A stretch of 64,000 nt of DNA, taken from positions 204,600,001 to 204,664,000 of the forward strand of contig NC_042997.1 in NCBI RefSeq assembly GCF_006345805.1, in the 5' to 3' direction. Positions 50,061 to 61,642 of the stretch are shown piece after piece. Every line of letters starts with the position of its first letter. The first letter of the stretch is position 1. The notes beneath the pieces were generated by a model that saw only the letters and a program-made list of their open reading frames with translations, made no database searches and had not been told where the DNA came from. The translations under genes were made by a program, and so were the position numbers. The stretch is from Octopus sinensis (taxonomy: Eukaryota).

Positions 50061-51629
50061 CATCATCATCATCATTATCATTTAACGTCTGCTTTCCATG
50101 CTAGCATGGGTTGGATGGTTTAACTGGAGTCTGGGAAGCCAGAAGGCTGCACCAGGCCCAGTCTGATCTGGCAGAGTTTCTACAGCTGGATGCCCTTCCT
50201 AACACCAACCACTTCATGAGTGTAGTGGGTGCTTTTTACGTGCCAGATGAGGCTGGCAAACAGCCATGATCGGACGGTGCTTTTTACGTGCCACCGGCAC
50301 AGAGACCAGATGAAGCTGGCAACGGCCACGATTGGATATATTTATGTTTGATAATAGCTAATATAAGTGCTGGTTTGTTGGTTGGTTAATTTCTTTACAT
50401 TCTATAGAAAGGGGTGAGAGAGAGTAAAAAAAAGATACAGAGAAAATTAACATATGAGGTGTAGGATGAATGCAAGTATTAAGCTTGGTGGCAGGTAGTG
50501 AGTAAATGTACACCCATGTGTACACACACACACATGTGCACATGTATACAAAAAGAGTCAGTGTTGCAGTTTTGTTTTGACTCTTAAGAACCCATCTGTT
50601 TCTAAGTAGGACACCAATAAACTGAGTTGATCTGACTTCATGGTTCCTTCTATGGTGGGGAGTTAATGCTAAGATATAAGGTACTAGTGGAGTGCATAAT
50701 TAGCCAGTAGTTTCTAACAGTGTGGAACGAGAAACTTAACAGGAACATATGTTTTCATACAGAACAGAAAATGCCTTGCAACTCACATTTTTTTACAAAC
50801 ATTTCTTTGAAAATGCAGATTAGTTACGTTTCTGGTTTAGTTAAATATAGTTTAACAAGTCTGGTATAAAATTGTCAGATACAAGGTTATAGATGTTCAG
50901 AAAGGGAACACTTTGTTAAAGTTAAGACTGGGATTTATTTTATTGACACCTAGAGGGATGAGAATCAAACTTGACTTTGCAGAGATTGATCATAAAAGGA
51001 TATAACAACTTAGTATAAAGCATTTTGCTTGATGCTCTACTGGTTCTGTCTATCCACATATACTTCAAAGTACAATATTTTTACTCTGTTACTCTCTTAC
51101 CTGCTTCAGCTCAGTAGCTGTGACCATGCCGGGGCACTGTTGAGAAACAATATAATAATAGTATATCAAGTCATCATGTCAGATGATAAGAATGATAAGG
51201 TGTGTTATTGCAAGTGTGTGTGTGTTCTTGTGTACTCATGTCTAGATATCACATGATGGTTGAAACTGGGCATCATCATGCAAACAAGGTTGTTCATTCT
51301 CAGTCTTCCTTGGAAAACTTGTCTAGCTATGTGGAAAAATGAATTACTTGGAAACAGAAAGGGCATCCAGCCATAGAAAATCTGCTTCAACAAATTCTGT
51401 CCAACTTACTGGAGCATGGAAAAGTGGGTGTTAAATGCTGTTCTGCTATATTTTTGTTTATATATTACCTATCAACACTCATTTCACCACTTCCTCTTCC
51501 CTCTTTATCAGCACGCGCACGTACACACACGAGTACACACACACGAGCACACACACACGAGTACACACACACGAGTACACACACACGAGTACACACACAC
51601 GAGTACACACACACGAGTACACACACACG

Positions 51630-51669
<40 letters not shown>

Positions 51670-52104
51670 TTGCTCCTCCCTTTCCCCTCCCCTATGTGCT
51701 CATTCTGGACAAAACTTAGATGAGAAAAGTCTTAATGGTCCTCATGAACACATTTACTTGTTTTCTCCTCTTTGAATTCCTTATTCTGTCTTACCTTTTC
51801 TCTTTCTCCTTCTTTCATTGTGTGTTTGTGTTTGTTAAGACTGGTCCCTCTAATAGTGATAAGCATTATGTGGTGGTCATGCCCTGTAAGGTGGTTGGCG
51901 TTAGGAAGGGTATCTATTTGTAGAAACCATGCTACTTCAGACTGGAGTCTAGTGCAGCTCCCCAACTTGCCTACTCTAGTCAAACTATCCAGCCTATACC
52001 AGCATGGACAATGGGCATTAAATGATGATGATGATGATGGTGAGAAGGATGATATAGTATGTGTGTGTATGTGTGCAAGTATATAGTATATATATAGTAG
52101 TATA

Positions 52105-53115
52105 TCATCATCATCATTGTTTAATGTCTGTTTTCCATGCTGGCATGGGTTGGACAGTTTGACTGAGGTCTGGAGAGCCAGTGGCTGCACAAGGCTCCAA
52201 TCTGATCTGGCAATGTTTCTATAGCTGGATGCCCTTCTTAACACCAACCATTCTGAGAGTGTAGTGGGTACTTTATACATGCCACTGGTACAGGAACCAG
52301 TCAGGCAGTCTTGGCATCGATCATGTTTGGATAGTGCTTTTTATGAGCCACCAGCACGGGAGCCAGTCAGAGGGTACTGGCATCAGCCATGTTTGGATGG
52401 CGCTTTTTACGTGCCACCGGCACAGGAGCCAGTCAGGGGACACTGGCATCGACCACATTTGGATGATGCATTTTACATGCCACCAGAATGGGAGCCAGTC
52501 AGGGAGCACTGGCCATAGCTACGATTTTGGTTTTATTTGACTCAACAGGTCTTCTCAAGCATATCATATTGCCCGATGCATTAAAGGTACTCTCAAATGA
52601 GCCAGACATGCAACACTGGCATCGGCCATGGCTGCGATCTCATTTTAGTTGCCAGGTCTTCTTAATCACAGCATATCTCCAAAGGTCTTGGTTCCCTGTC
52701 ATTGCCTCTGTGAGGTCCAATGTTTGAAGGTCATGCTTCACCACCTCATCCCATGTCTTCCTGGGTCTACCTCTTCCATAGATTCCTTACACAGTTAGGG
52801 TGTGGCACTTCCTCACACAGCTGTCCTCATCCATATGTAACCCATGACCATACCAGCACAATCATCTCTCTTGCACACCACATTTGATGCTTCCTATGGT
52901 CCAACTTTTCTCTCAGGGCACTTACACTCTGTCGTGTATGCACACTGACATTAAACATCCACCGGATCATACTAGCTTCATTTCTTTCAAGCCTATACAT
53001 GTCCTCAGCAGTCATGGCCCATGTTTCACTACTGTGTAGCATGGCAGTTTGCACACATTCATCATACAGTCTACCTTTCATTTTGAGCGAGGGGCCCTTA
53101 GTTGCCAGAAGAGGT
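52105..53115 (-). mobile_element. RTE LINE, about 1-kb 3' fragment linking the ORF to the abundant 3' UTR family
   Basis: Minus: KGRLYDECVQTAMLHSSETWAM...RLERNEASMIRWM...RRL.WYGH..HM...GRGRPRKTWDEVV (RTE C-terminal signature), then about 4 repeat units, the family core and an (ATG)n tail. Confidence 0.9.
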
Positions 53116-53580
53116 AGGAGCATACACACACACACCACATAAAATGTATATATTTGTATATGCATGTGTGTCTATATATATTATGTTGATATGTGTGTTT
53201 ATATAGGTATATGTATATTTTTACTGATAGAGCTAATTACCATTTCTCCACATCTGAGTATACCTATCCTTGTACACATTCTAAAATTAATTTTATTCTA
53301 ATTACGGGAGAAACTCCTGGATTTCATCCCCCACATACATGTATACTTTCTCGTCCATAATGCTTTTCTGTGTATATGCATAAATGTAATCATTTTCCCA
53401 AACAGATTGCACTCCATGTTTGAAGCTCCAATGAAGCCATAAGGTGTTATTTAGGCACTCAACTTGGAGGCCACTGCATCTAGTAGCAGAAACAGCTGTA
53501 AGCTAATGAAGTTCATAAGATAGTTGCTTATTCCTTTGTTATTTCATTTTCTTACACACACATACACTCATGCATGAATA

Positions 53581-53925
53581 TATTGCCTCAGTAAAGCTGG
53601 ACTTAAGAGCCATCTTCGTAGTCATAAAGCAAGACAGATGAGTGACAACCTGGCCACTGGTGGTGGTGTAACACACCATACTAATCATATCTGTCGGGCA
53701 TGTGGAAGAGAGTGTAATTCGGCAGGAGGACTTAAATGACATGCAAAGGTACATGAAGCCCAGTTACAACTACAGCTGGCTATTACTGGTAAAAGTATTA
53801 GTTGCCAATTCTGTACAAGACATTGTAGATCTTTAACTGGGCTAAAAAGTCACATTTGATCACAACACCAGTAACAGTTAAGCTTCGTGCAATGGCCATA
53901 CTCGATAACGAGGGGGCAGCCATAA
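53581..53925 (+). pseudogene. RTE-like 3' end with three tandem C2H2 zinc fingers (first partial)
   Basis: One frame: YCLSKAGLKSHLRSH...CRACGRECNSAGGLK*HAKVH...CQFCTRHCRSLTGLKSHI*SQH. Both stops are TGA at Arg-like positions. 3' hairpin CTCG-ATAA-CGAG. Confidence 0.65.
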
Positions 53926-54639
53926 TATATATATATATATATATATATAAGAGAGAGGGAGAGGGTCTATATGTAAGACCCAGAGATGTTCAATATAGAA
54001 AACACATAGCAGTGCTCTAGTGAATTGAACTTACACTTTGAAATCTTTGTTCAGGACTAAATCCACTGGGTGAAAAGTGGCTATAAGAGGAATCCGAGTG
54101 AGCTGATATGGAAGACAGTGATACAAATACACAAATCAACATGTTTGGGCCTTGATATATAAAATATGCATATAGACCCAGGTAGACAAGGGGCGAACTA
54201 GTGAGAAATGATCTTCAGATGTTGGGCCTCATAGAGGGAATAACAGGGGATCAAGACTTTTGGTAGTTTGCTGAGCTTGAGAAGACACATCAAGCTAAAT
54301 AAAATAGGGGTTTTCCTTGCATACAGGCATGTTTTTCTGCATCCCTCTTCAGTTGAGCATTTTTAATCTTGTAGGCTTGTGGGTGCTGGTACCATGCAAA
54401 AAGCACCCGTACCAGTGCTGTGTAAAAGCACCCATACACTCTGTAAAGTGGTTGGCATTAATTAGAAAGGGTATCTAGCTGTAGAAACTATGCCAAAACA
54501 GACATGGAGCCTGGGCAGCGCTTCGGCAGGCCAGCTCCTGTCAAACCATTCAACCCATGCCAGCATAGAAAATAGATGTTAAGTGATGATGATGATGATG
54601 ATGATGGGATATATATATATATATATATATGTAGTTAAT

Positions 54640-54800
54640 CCAAACAAGAAAGCACAAAAAAACACAACGTGAGGACGTGGAACAAATATAGTATTATTGG
54701 ACGCTCAGGAAAGAAGGAGGGTTTAACGTTTCGAGTGGAGCTCTTCATCGGAAACATAGGAGAAGGAAAGATCCAGAGAAGGGAAGACAGAGGAAAAAAA
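54640..54800 (-). mobile_element. Penelope-like terminal-repeat fragment with minimal hammerhead-like motif (54721-54755)
   Basis: Minus strand reads GTTT CCGATGA A GAG CTCCA CTC GAAACGT T AAAC. Confidence 0.5.
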
Positions 54801-54812
54801 ATTGCCAACGGT

Positions 54813-54850
<38 letters not shown>

Positions 54851-55779
54851 GAGAGGGAGAGAAATAAAAACCAAAAATATTCAGAAGATGAACACTCATG
54901 TATAAGCATTTAGATATTTATATATTTAGAGAACAGATTTACACGGAGTACAAAAGATGCAGAAAACTAAGGGGAATGGGCATTGTAATTCTTCAAGAAG
55001 AAATTTCGATGTGGATGGAGCTGGGTGTTGAAAAGAAATGCTTCAAAAGGTTTCAGGGACCAGCTAACATTGTGGAGATATGTTGTCTAGTTTAAAGAAC
55101 TTAATGATCTACATGGAGTACTTCATACTAATTGCCATCAATCTGGCTAATGATGAAGATAATAAGGTGGATGGAAGACGTGACGGGTTCTTGTAAAACG
55201 CCAGGCCTGGACATTTTAGAGAACACTTTTGACATGTGTGTATATGATATAAGACTGGGAAGAAAATATATGATGAAGGGGATTACTTCTTAGTGTAATC
55301 TCTTTTGAAGGGGATTTAGGTTAGGAAATCATATTCTTGTACTCCTCAGCTCTGAACCTTTTTCTTCCCTTGCTTTTTGTGTATGTATGTAGGCATGCAT
55401 ACATAGAGAGAGGAAAAGGAGGGGAGAAAGCGAGAGAGAGAGTGAGAGGAGGGAAAAGAGATGGAGAGCAAAGCAAGAAGGAAACAAGAGTCTGAAAAGA
55501 AGAGAAAGTAAAGGACGTGAGGAGACTTATCGTAAGCATTAGATGTAGTGAAAGATAAATATACTCACTCCTCTCTCTCTCTTTCTTTATGTGTGTGTAT
55601 GTGTGCATATGTTAGTGTATAATTGTCTCCTTGTCTAGTTGCCTGTCTAGCCATATGTTTTTATACATGCAACTATAAATAAACACAAACATAGATGTAC
55701 AAACGTAAAATACATAGCAATATAAATCTGTATATAAGTACACAATCATACATATATGTATGTATATATACATACATAT

Positions 55780-56172
55780 ACTCTTTACTCTTTTCAGTCA
55801 TTTGACTGTGGCCATGCTGGAGCACCGCCTTTAATCGAGCAACTCGACTCCGGGACTTATTCTTTTGTAAGCCCAGTATTTATTCTGTCGGTCTCTTTTG
55901 CCGAACCGCTAAGTAACGGGGACATAAACACCCCAGCATCGGTTGTCAAGCAATGCTAGGGGGACAAACACAGATAGACAAACACACACACGCACATATA
56001 TATACACATATACGACGGGCTTCTTTCAGTTTCCTCTACCAAATCCACTCACAAGGCTTTGGTCGGCCCGAGGCTATAGTAGAAGACACTTGCCCAAGGT
56101 GCCATGCAGTGGGACTGAACCTGGAACCATGTGGTTGGTAAACAAGCTAATTACCACACAGCCACTCCTGAG
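55780..56172 (-). mobile_element. SINE family A, full length
   Basis: Reverse complement of 2658-3070. Confidence 0.9.
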
Positions 56173-57409
56173 ACTGAAACACATGATCATATATACACAC
56201 ACACACTTTACTCCACACAAGGACATATGGAGACACAAGCCCACACATATAGAGATGCACATCCATACATACAAACATGGTACATAGTTGCAAAACACAC
56301 ACACACACACAAAGACATGCACACATATAAAAAACTTACACATACATATATGTTTTAATGTGAACTATATAAAATATAGTGGGTGTGTGTGTATGTGTGT
56401 ATTGGTGTATATATGTATGCATGTATATATGTGTACATATTACATGTACATCTATATATATATACATCTACACATACATGTACACATATACATCTATATC
56501 TATAGAAATACATCTATACATATACATGTATACATATACAGCTATACATATACATATATATATATACATGTATACATGTATATATATATATATAAGCAAT
56601 AATAAATCTCTGAATGAGGTATAAACAGTAACTGCACGACAGTGTGAGGTATATTTGCCATCTCAATATGGCTAACCACTAAGGGTGGGTGTTACTGTAG
56701 CTTGTAGCCCCAGGAGAACATCTCCTCCAGCTGGCTTTAGGCACACTTTCTGTGCCCTTATGGTATTTGCAAAGGGAGGTCATCCTTCCCTCGTCAACCT
56801 AAGTGATACGCACGGACTGCATATGGAGACACACATATAGAGATGCACATCCATACATACAAACATGGTACATAGTTGCAAAACACACACACACACACAA
56901 GGATATGCACACACATGGAGATAGAGGTGCATACCTATACAACCACATGCTCACACATACATAGAAAATACACAAGCGTGGACATGCAAGCATATGAATA
57001 TGCAGAATACATACATAGAGATGCACACATATACATATATACATATGCATACACACACATATATACGTACATACATACATACATACACACGTACATGCAT
57101 GCATAGGCACACACACACACTGACCCACACACATACGCACAAACAAACAAAAAGGAATGCAGTGTAAATAACGTACAGAGTCAAGACTATTGAAAAGGTT
57201 GCAAGACGCAACGAGAATTTTAGGAAAATAAAAAGAAGAAATAAGTGGAAATTTTACCAGTGAGTGTGTTAAATTATAAGGCACAAAAAGAAAATGACTC
57301 TCCCCAGACATAACAGAATATGTGTATATATACAAGTATATATATGTGTGTATATATATATATATATATTTATATAAGTATATATATTATATATATATAT
57401 AAGTATATA

Positions 57410-58260
57410 TGTGTCAGACCAGTGAGACCCGGCAAGACCAGTGAGAACAGTCAAAATCAAGATCAAACCAAATTGAGGTCGATCAACATCAGGGCCCCCG
57501 TGCAGGTGACACGTAAAAGTACCATCCGTTCGTAGCCGTTCGCCAGCCCTGTCTGGCCCCCGTGTAGGTGGCACGTAAAAGCACCATCCGTTCGTGTTCG
57601 TTGCCAGCCTGGCCTGGCCCCCGTGCTGGTGACAAAAAAGTACCATCCGTTTGTGGCCGTTTGCCAGCTCTGTCTGGCCCCCGTGCCGGTGACACTTAAA
57701 AGCATCCCACCGTCCGTTCGTGCTGGACGGTTTGCCAGCTCTGTCTGGCCCCCGTGCTGGTGACACGTAAAAGCACCATCCGTTCGTAGCCGTTTGCCAG
57801 CCTGGTCTGGCCCCCCATGTCGGTGACACGTAAAAGCAACCATCCGTTCGTTGTCCGTGCCAGCCGTCGCCTGGCCCCCGTGCCGTGACACGTAAAAGCA
57901 CCATCCGTTCGTGGCCGTTTGCCAGCTCTGTCTGGCCCCCGTGTTGGTGGCACGTAAAAGCACCATCCGTTCGTGTCCGTTGCCATGCCTCCCTGGCCCC
58001 GTGTCCGGTGACACGTAAAAGCACCATCCGTTCGTGGCCGTTTGCCATCTCTGTCTGCACCTCGTGGCAGGTGCACGTCAAAAAACACCCACCCCACTAA
58101 CCTCACGAGTGGTTGCGTTAGGGAAGGGCATCCAGCCGTAGAAACCTGCCAGATCTGGACGGGCCTGATGAAGCCTTCCAGCTTCACAGACCCCAGTTGA
58201 AACCGTCCAACCCATGCTAGCATGGAGAACGGACGCTAGATGATGATGATGATGATGATG
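57410..58260 (+). mobile_element. RTE LINE 3' end with nine tandem ~62-bp units (57493-58056)
   Basis: Unit GGCCCCCGTGCCGGTGACACGTAAAAGCACCATCCGTTCGTGGCCGTTTGCCAGCTCTGTCT, followed by the family core and a (GAT)n tail. Confidence 0.9.
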
Positions 58261-58261
58261 A

Positions 58262-58515
58262 TTATCATCACCATTGTTTAACGTCCGTTTTCCATGCTAG
58301 CATGGGTTGGACGGTTCGACCGGGGTCTGGGAAGCAAGGAGGCTGCACCAGGCTCCTGTCTGATCTGGCAGCCTTTCTACAGCTTGATGTCCTTCCTAAC
58401 GCCAACCACTCCGTGAGTGTAGTGGATGCTTTTTACATGCCACCGGCACAGGAGCCAGATGAGGCTGGCAAATGGCCACAATCGGTTGGTGCTTTTACGT
58501 GTCACTGACACGTGT
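58262..58515 (-). mobile_element. RTE LINE 3' end, tail-to-tail with the previous copy
   Basis: (CAT)n tail and family core in the opposite orientation. Confidence 0.8.
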
Positions 58516-58529
58516 GAATATATGTATAA

Positions 58530-58570
<41 letters not shown>

Positions 58571-58577
<7 letters not shown>

Positions 58578-58823
58578 GTTGTATACTGTCAATCTAACAA
58601 GATCGTGACAGTAGGGGTACACCACCGCTGTATAGCCCTAGAAAGCATCGAATGCCTTCTGATAGCTTTGACGCATTTTTTCCCCTGTGTCCTTATAAAA
58701 AAAAAAATTTTTTTAAATGTGTCAAAGCTATCAGGAGGCATTCGATGCTTCCTAGGGCTATACAGTGGTGGTGTACCCCCTACTGTCACGTTCTTGTTAG
58801 ATTGACAGTATACAACCATTCTA
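58571..58823. mobile_element. MITE with about 105-bp inverted repeats, flanked by TA
   Basis: TAGAATGGTTGTATACTGTCAATCTAACAAG... on the left and ...CTTGTTAGATTGACAGTATACAACCATTCTA on the right, with few mismatches and a ~40-bp spacer. Confidence 0.85.
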
Positions 58824-58874
58824 TCGCCCCACCACCGTACATATCTCTACGAGAGATTTAGAAATTCAATATTT

Positions 58875-58876
58875 CT

Positions 58877-58908
<32 letters not shown>

Positions 58909-58946
58909 ATATATATTATATTATATATATATTAGTATATATATAC

Positions 58947-59044
<98 letters not shown>

Positions 59045-59722
59045 TATATATATTAGTATATATATCATATGTGTATATATATATATATATTAGTATATAT
59101 ATACATATGTGTATATATATATATTGTATATATATATACATATGTGTATATATATATATATTAGTATATATATATACATATGTGTATATATTATTATATA
59201 ATACATATGTATATATTAATATATATATTAGTATATATATATACTATGTATATATATATATATTAGTATATATATAATATACATATGTGTATATATATAT
59301 ATATTAGTATATATATACATATGTGTATATATATATATTAGTATATATATACATATGTGTATATATATATCTATTAGTATATATATACATATGTGTATAT
59401 ATATAATTAGTAGTATTATATACATATGTGTATATTATATATATTAGTATATATATACATATGTATATATATATATATATTAGTATATATATACATATGT
59501 GTATATATATATATATATATCTTAGTATATATATACATATGTGTATATAAATATATATACATATATGTGTTATAGATATATATATATTAGTATATATATA
59601 CATATGTGTGTGTATTATATATATATTAGTATATATATACATATGTTGTATATATATATATATATTAGTAGTATATATACATATGTGTGTGTATATATAT
59701 ATATATATTAGTATATATATAC

Positions 59723-59761
<39 letters not shown>

Positions 59762-59778
59762 AGTATATATATACTATG

Positions 59779-59821
<43 letters not shown>

Positions 59822-59863
59822 TATATATTACATGTGTATATATATTATATATATATATATATC

Positions 59864-59896
<33 letters not shown>

Positions 59897-59914
59897 TATA
59901 TAATAATATTATTA
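58875..59914. repeat. About 1-kb (TA)n field with a recurrent ATATTAGTATATATATACATATGTGT higher-order unit
   Basis: Read directly. Confidence 0.95.
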
Positions 59915-60795
59915 GAGACAAAACCACTATTTTGCAAAACAAACAGGAAAGACTTAATCAATACATATAAATTTTAAAAAAAGTCAAAAAAAAAAACCGC
60001 CACTACAATTGTTATAGAGTTTAGTAAAGGGAGATTTTATCATTATATATTTTTGTGAGTTTTGGTTTGTCATGGTGGTTTTATTAAGGAATTCGTAGTA
60101 ATTTGTGTCTATTTGCGATGTCTGTTGTTTTATTACATTGTTTCATTCATAATTTTTAAGTAATGTTCGTTTTACCAGTGCAATAAATTTTTAATTCCAT
60201 TTGTTCCATTTCTCCATTCATAATTTTAAATGATGTCCGTTCTAGAGCGGGAATGTGGGTTGTATGTGTGTGTGAGGGAGTATGAATAAGTATTGTGTTG
60301 AAGTATTTGGCTATTTTATTTATTTATCGTTGCCTAGACGTTTTTATGTGTATGTATAGGGATATATATATAGGTGTGTGATTTAGTGTATTATTTAGAT
60401 ATGGTTATATATTAGTTATGTGTGTATGGGTGTATATATAGTTTATTTTTGGTTTTGTTTTATATTTTATATTTTATATTAAATTGTTGATAGGTTTATT
60501 TTAGTTTATATATTGTTATATATTGATTATATATGGATTATATATAGGTTATATTATATTAATATTTTATATTTTTTCATTAATACTTTAATTATTTTAA
60601 AATTATTAGTTTTATATTTTAAAATATTGATATTTTAGATTGGAAGTCCACCTGAAGATGTCGATCAGGACAAGAAACAATTGTAGTGGCGGTTTTTTTG
60701 ACTTTTTATTAAAATTTTATGTATTGATTAAGTCTTTCTTGTTTGTTTTGGCAAAATAGTGGTTTTGTCTCTATAATATTATATATATTTTACTA
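59915..60795 (+). mobile_element. Truncated Penelope-like element with an inverted terminal segment
   Basis: 59915-60010 is the reverse complement of about 60677-60775. The PLE call is inferred from this inverted arrangement and the hammerhead motif at 60648-60689. Confidence 0.6.
60648..60689 (+). ncRNA. Minimal type I hammerhead ribozyme candidate
   Basis: CCAC CUGAAGA UGUC-GAUCAG-GACA A GAA ACAAUUGU A GUGG: 4-bp stem I, 4-bp stem II, palindromic stem III and a GUA cleavage triplet. Confidence 0.6.
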
Positions 60796-60947
60796 TAAAA
60801 TTGGATTTAATCCTAAATCTGAATTTTTCCCTGTAAATTTGGATTATTCCCTAATATTTATTATATATATATATATAATATATAATATATTAGTATATAT
60901 AGATACATTTGTGTGTATATATATATATTAGTAATATAACATATGTG

Positions 60948-60979
<32 letters not shown>

Positions 60980-61176
60980 TATATATATATGTATAAAAAA
61001 AAGCACCCACTACACTCACAGAATGGTTGGCATAAGGAAGGGCATCCAGCCATAGAAACACTGCCAGATCAGACTGGAGCCTGGTGCAGCCTCCTGGCTT
61101 CCCAGACCCCGGTCAAACTGTCCAACCCATGCTAGCATGGAAAACAGACGTTAAACAGTGATGATGATGATATAAG

Positions 61177-61184
<8 letters not shown>

Positions 61185-61235
<51 letters not shown>

Positions 61236-61350
61236 GTGTGTGTGTGTATATATATATATATGTGTTTGTGTATATATATATATGTGTGTGTATATATATA
61301 TATATGTGTGTGTGTGTATATATATATATGTGTGTGTGTGTGTATATATA

Positions 61351-61383
<33 letters not shown>

Positions 61384-61547
61384 GTGTGTGTGTATATATA
61401 TATATATGTGTGTGTATATATATATATGTGTGTGTGTATATATATATATATATGTGTGTGTGTGTATATATATATATATGTGTGTATATATATATATATA
61501 TTGTGTGTGTGTATATATATATATGTGTGTGTGTGTATATATATATG
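61185..61547. repeat. Alternating (TA)n(TG)n microsatellite
   Basis: Read directly. Confidence 0.95.
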
Positions 61548-61550
61548 TCA

Positions 61551-61642
61551 GCCTGCATAGCGCAGTCGGTAGAGCATCAGACTTTTAAGAACTGTCAAGT
61601 GATGAAATCTGGGGGTCGCGGGTTCAAGTTCCTCTGCGGGTG
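61551..61642 (+). tRNA. tRNA-Lys(UUU) gene or pseudogene with a 19-nt canonical intron (61588-61606)
   Basis: Cloverleaf GCCTGCA TA GCGC AGTCGGTA GAGC A TCAGA CT TTT A [intron] A TCTGG GGGTC GCGGG TTCAAGT TCCTC TGCGGGT G. Close to the metazoan tRNA-Lys(UUU). Defects: one D-stem mismatch, one T-stem mismatch, and U at position 61. No CCA and no adjacent T-run terminator. Confidence 0.85.

Noticed and set aside
53560-53720. Minus-strand ITLSSTCPTDMI resembling the R4/Dong IEISCPTDM motif
   Set aside because: The plus strand gives a much better explanation (three in-frame C2H2 fingers).
56640-56800. Structured GC-richer segment suggesting an HDV-like or twister ribozyme (ATCTCCTCCAGCT; GGCAC/GTGCC hairpin; GGCTACAAGC on minus)
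   Set aside because: I could not build P1/P2 (HDV) or P1/T1 (twister) pairings consistently by eye. An Infernal scan would settle it.
57269-58223. 270/183/175-aa repetitive ORFs, and a CRISPR-like look of the array
   Set aside because: They come from the ~62-bp tandem units of an RTE 3' UTR. Units are contiguous with no unique spacers, and no cas genes are present.
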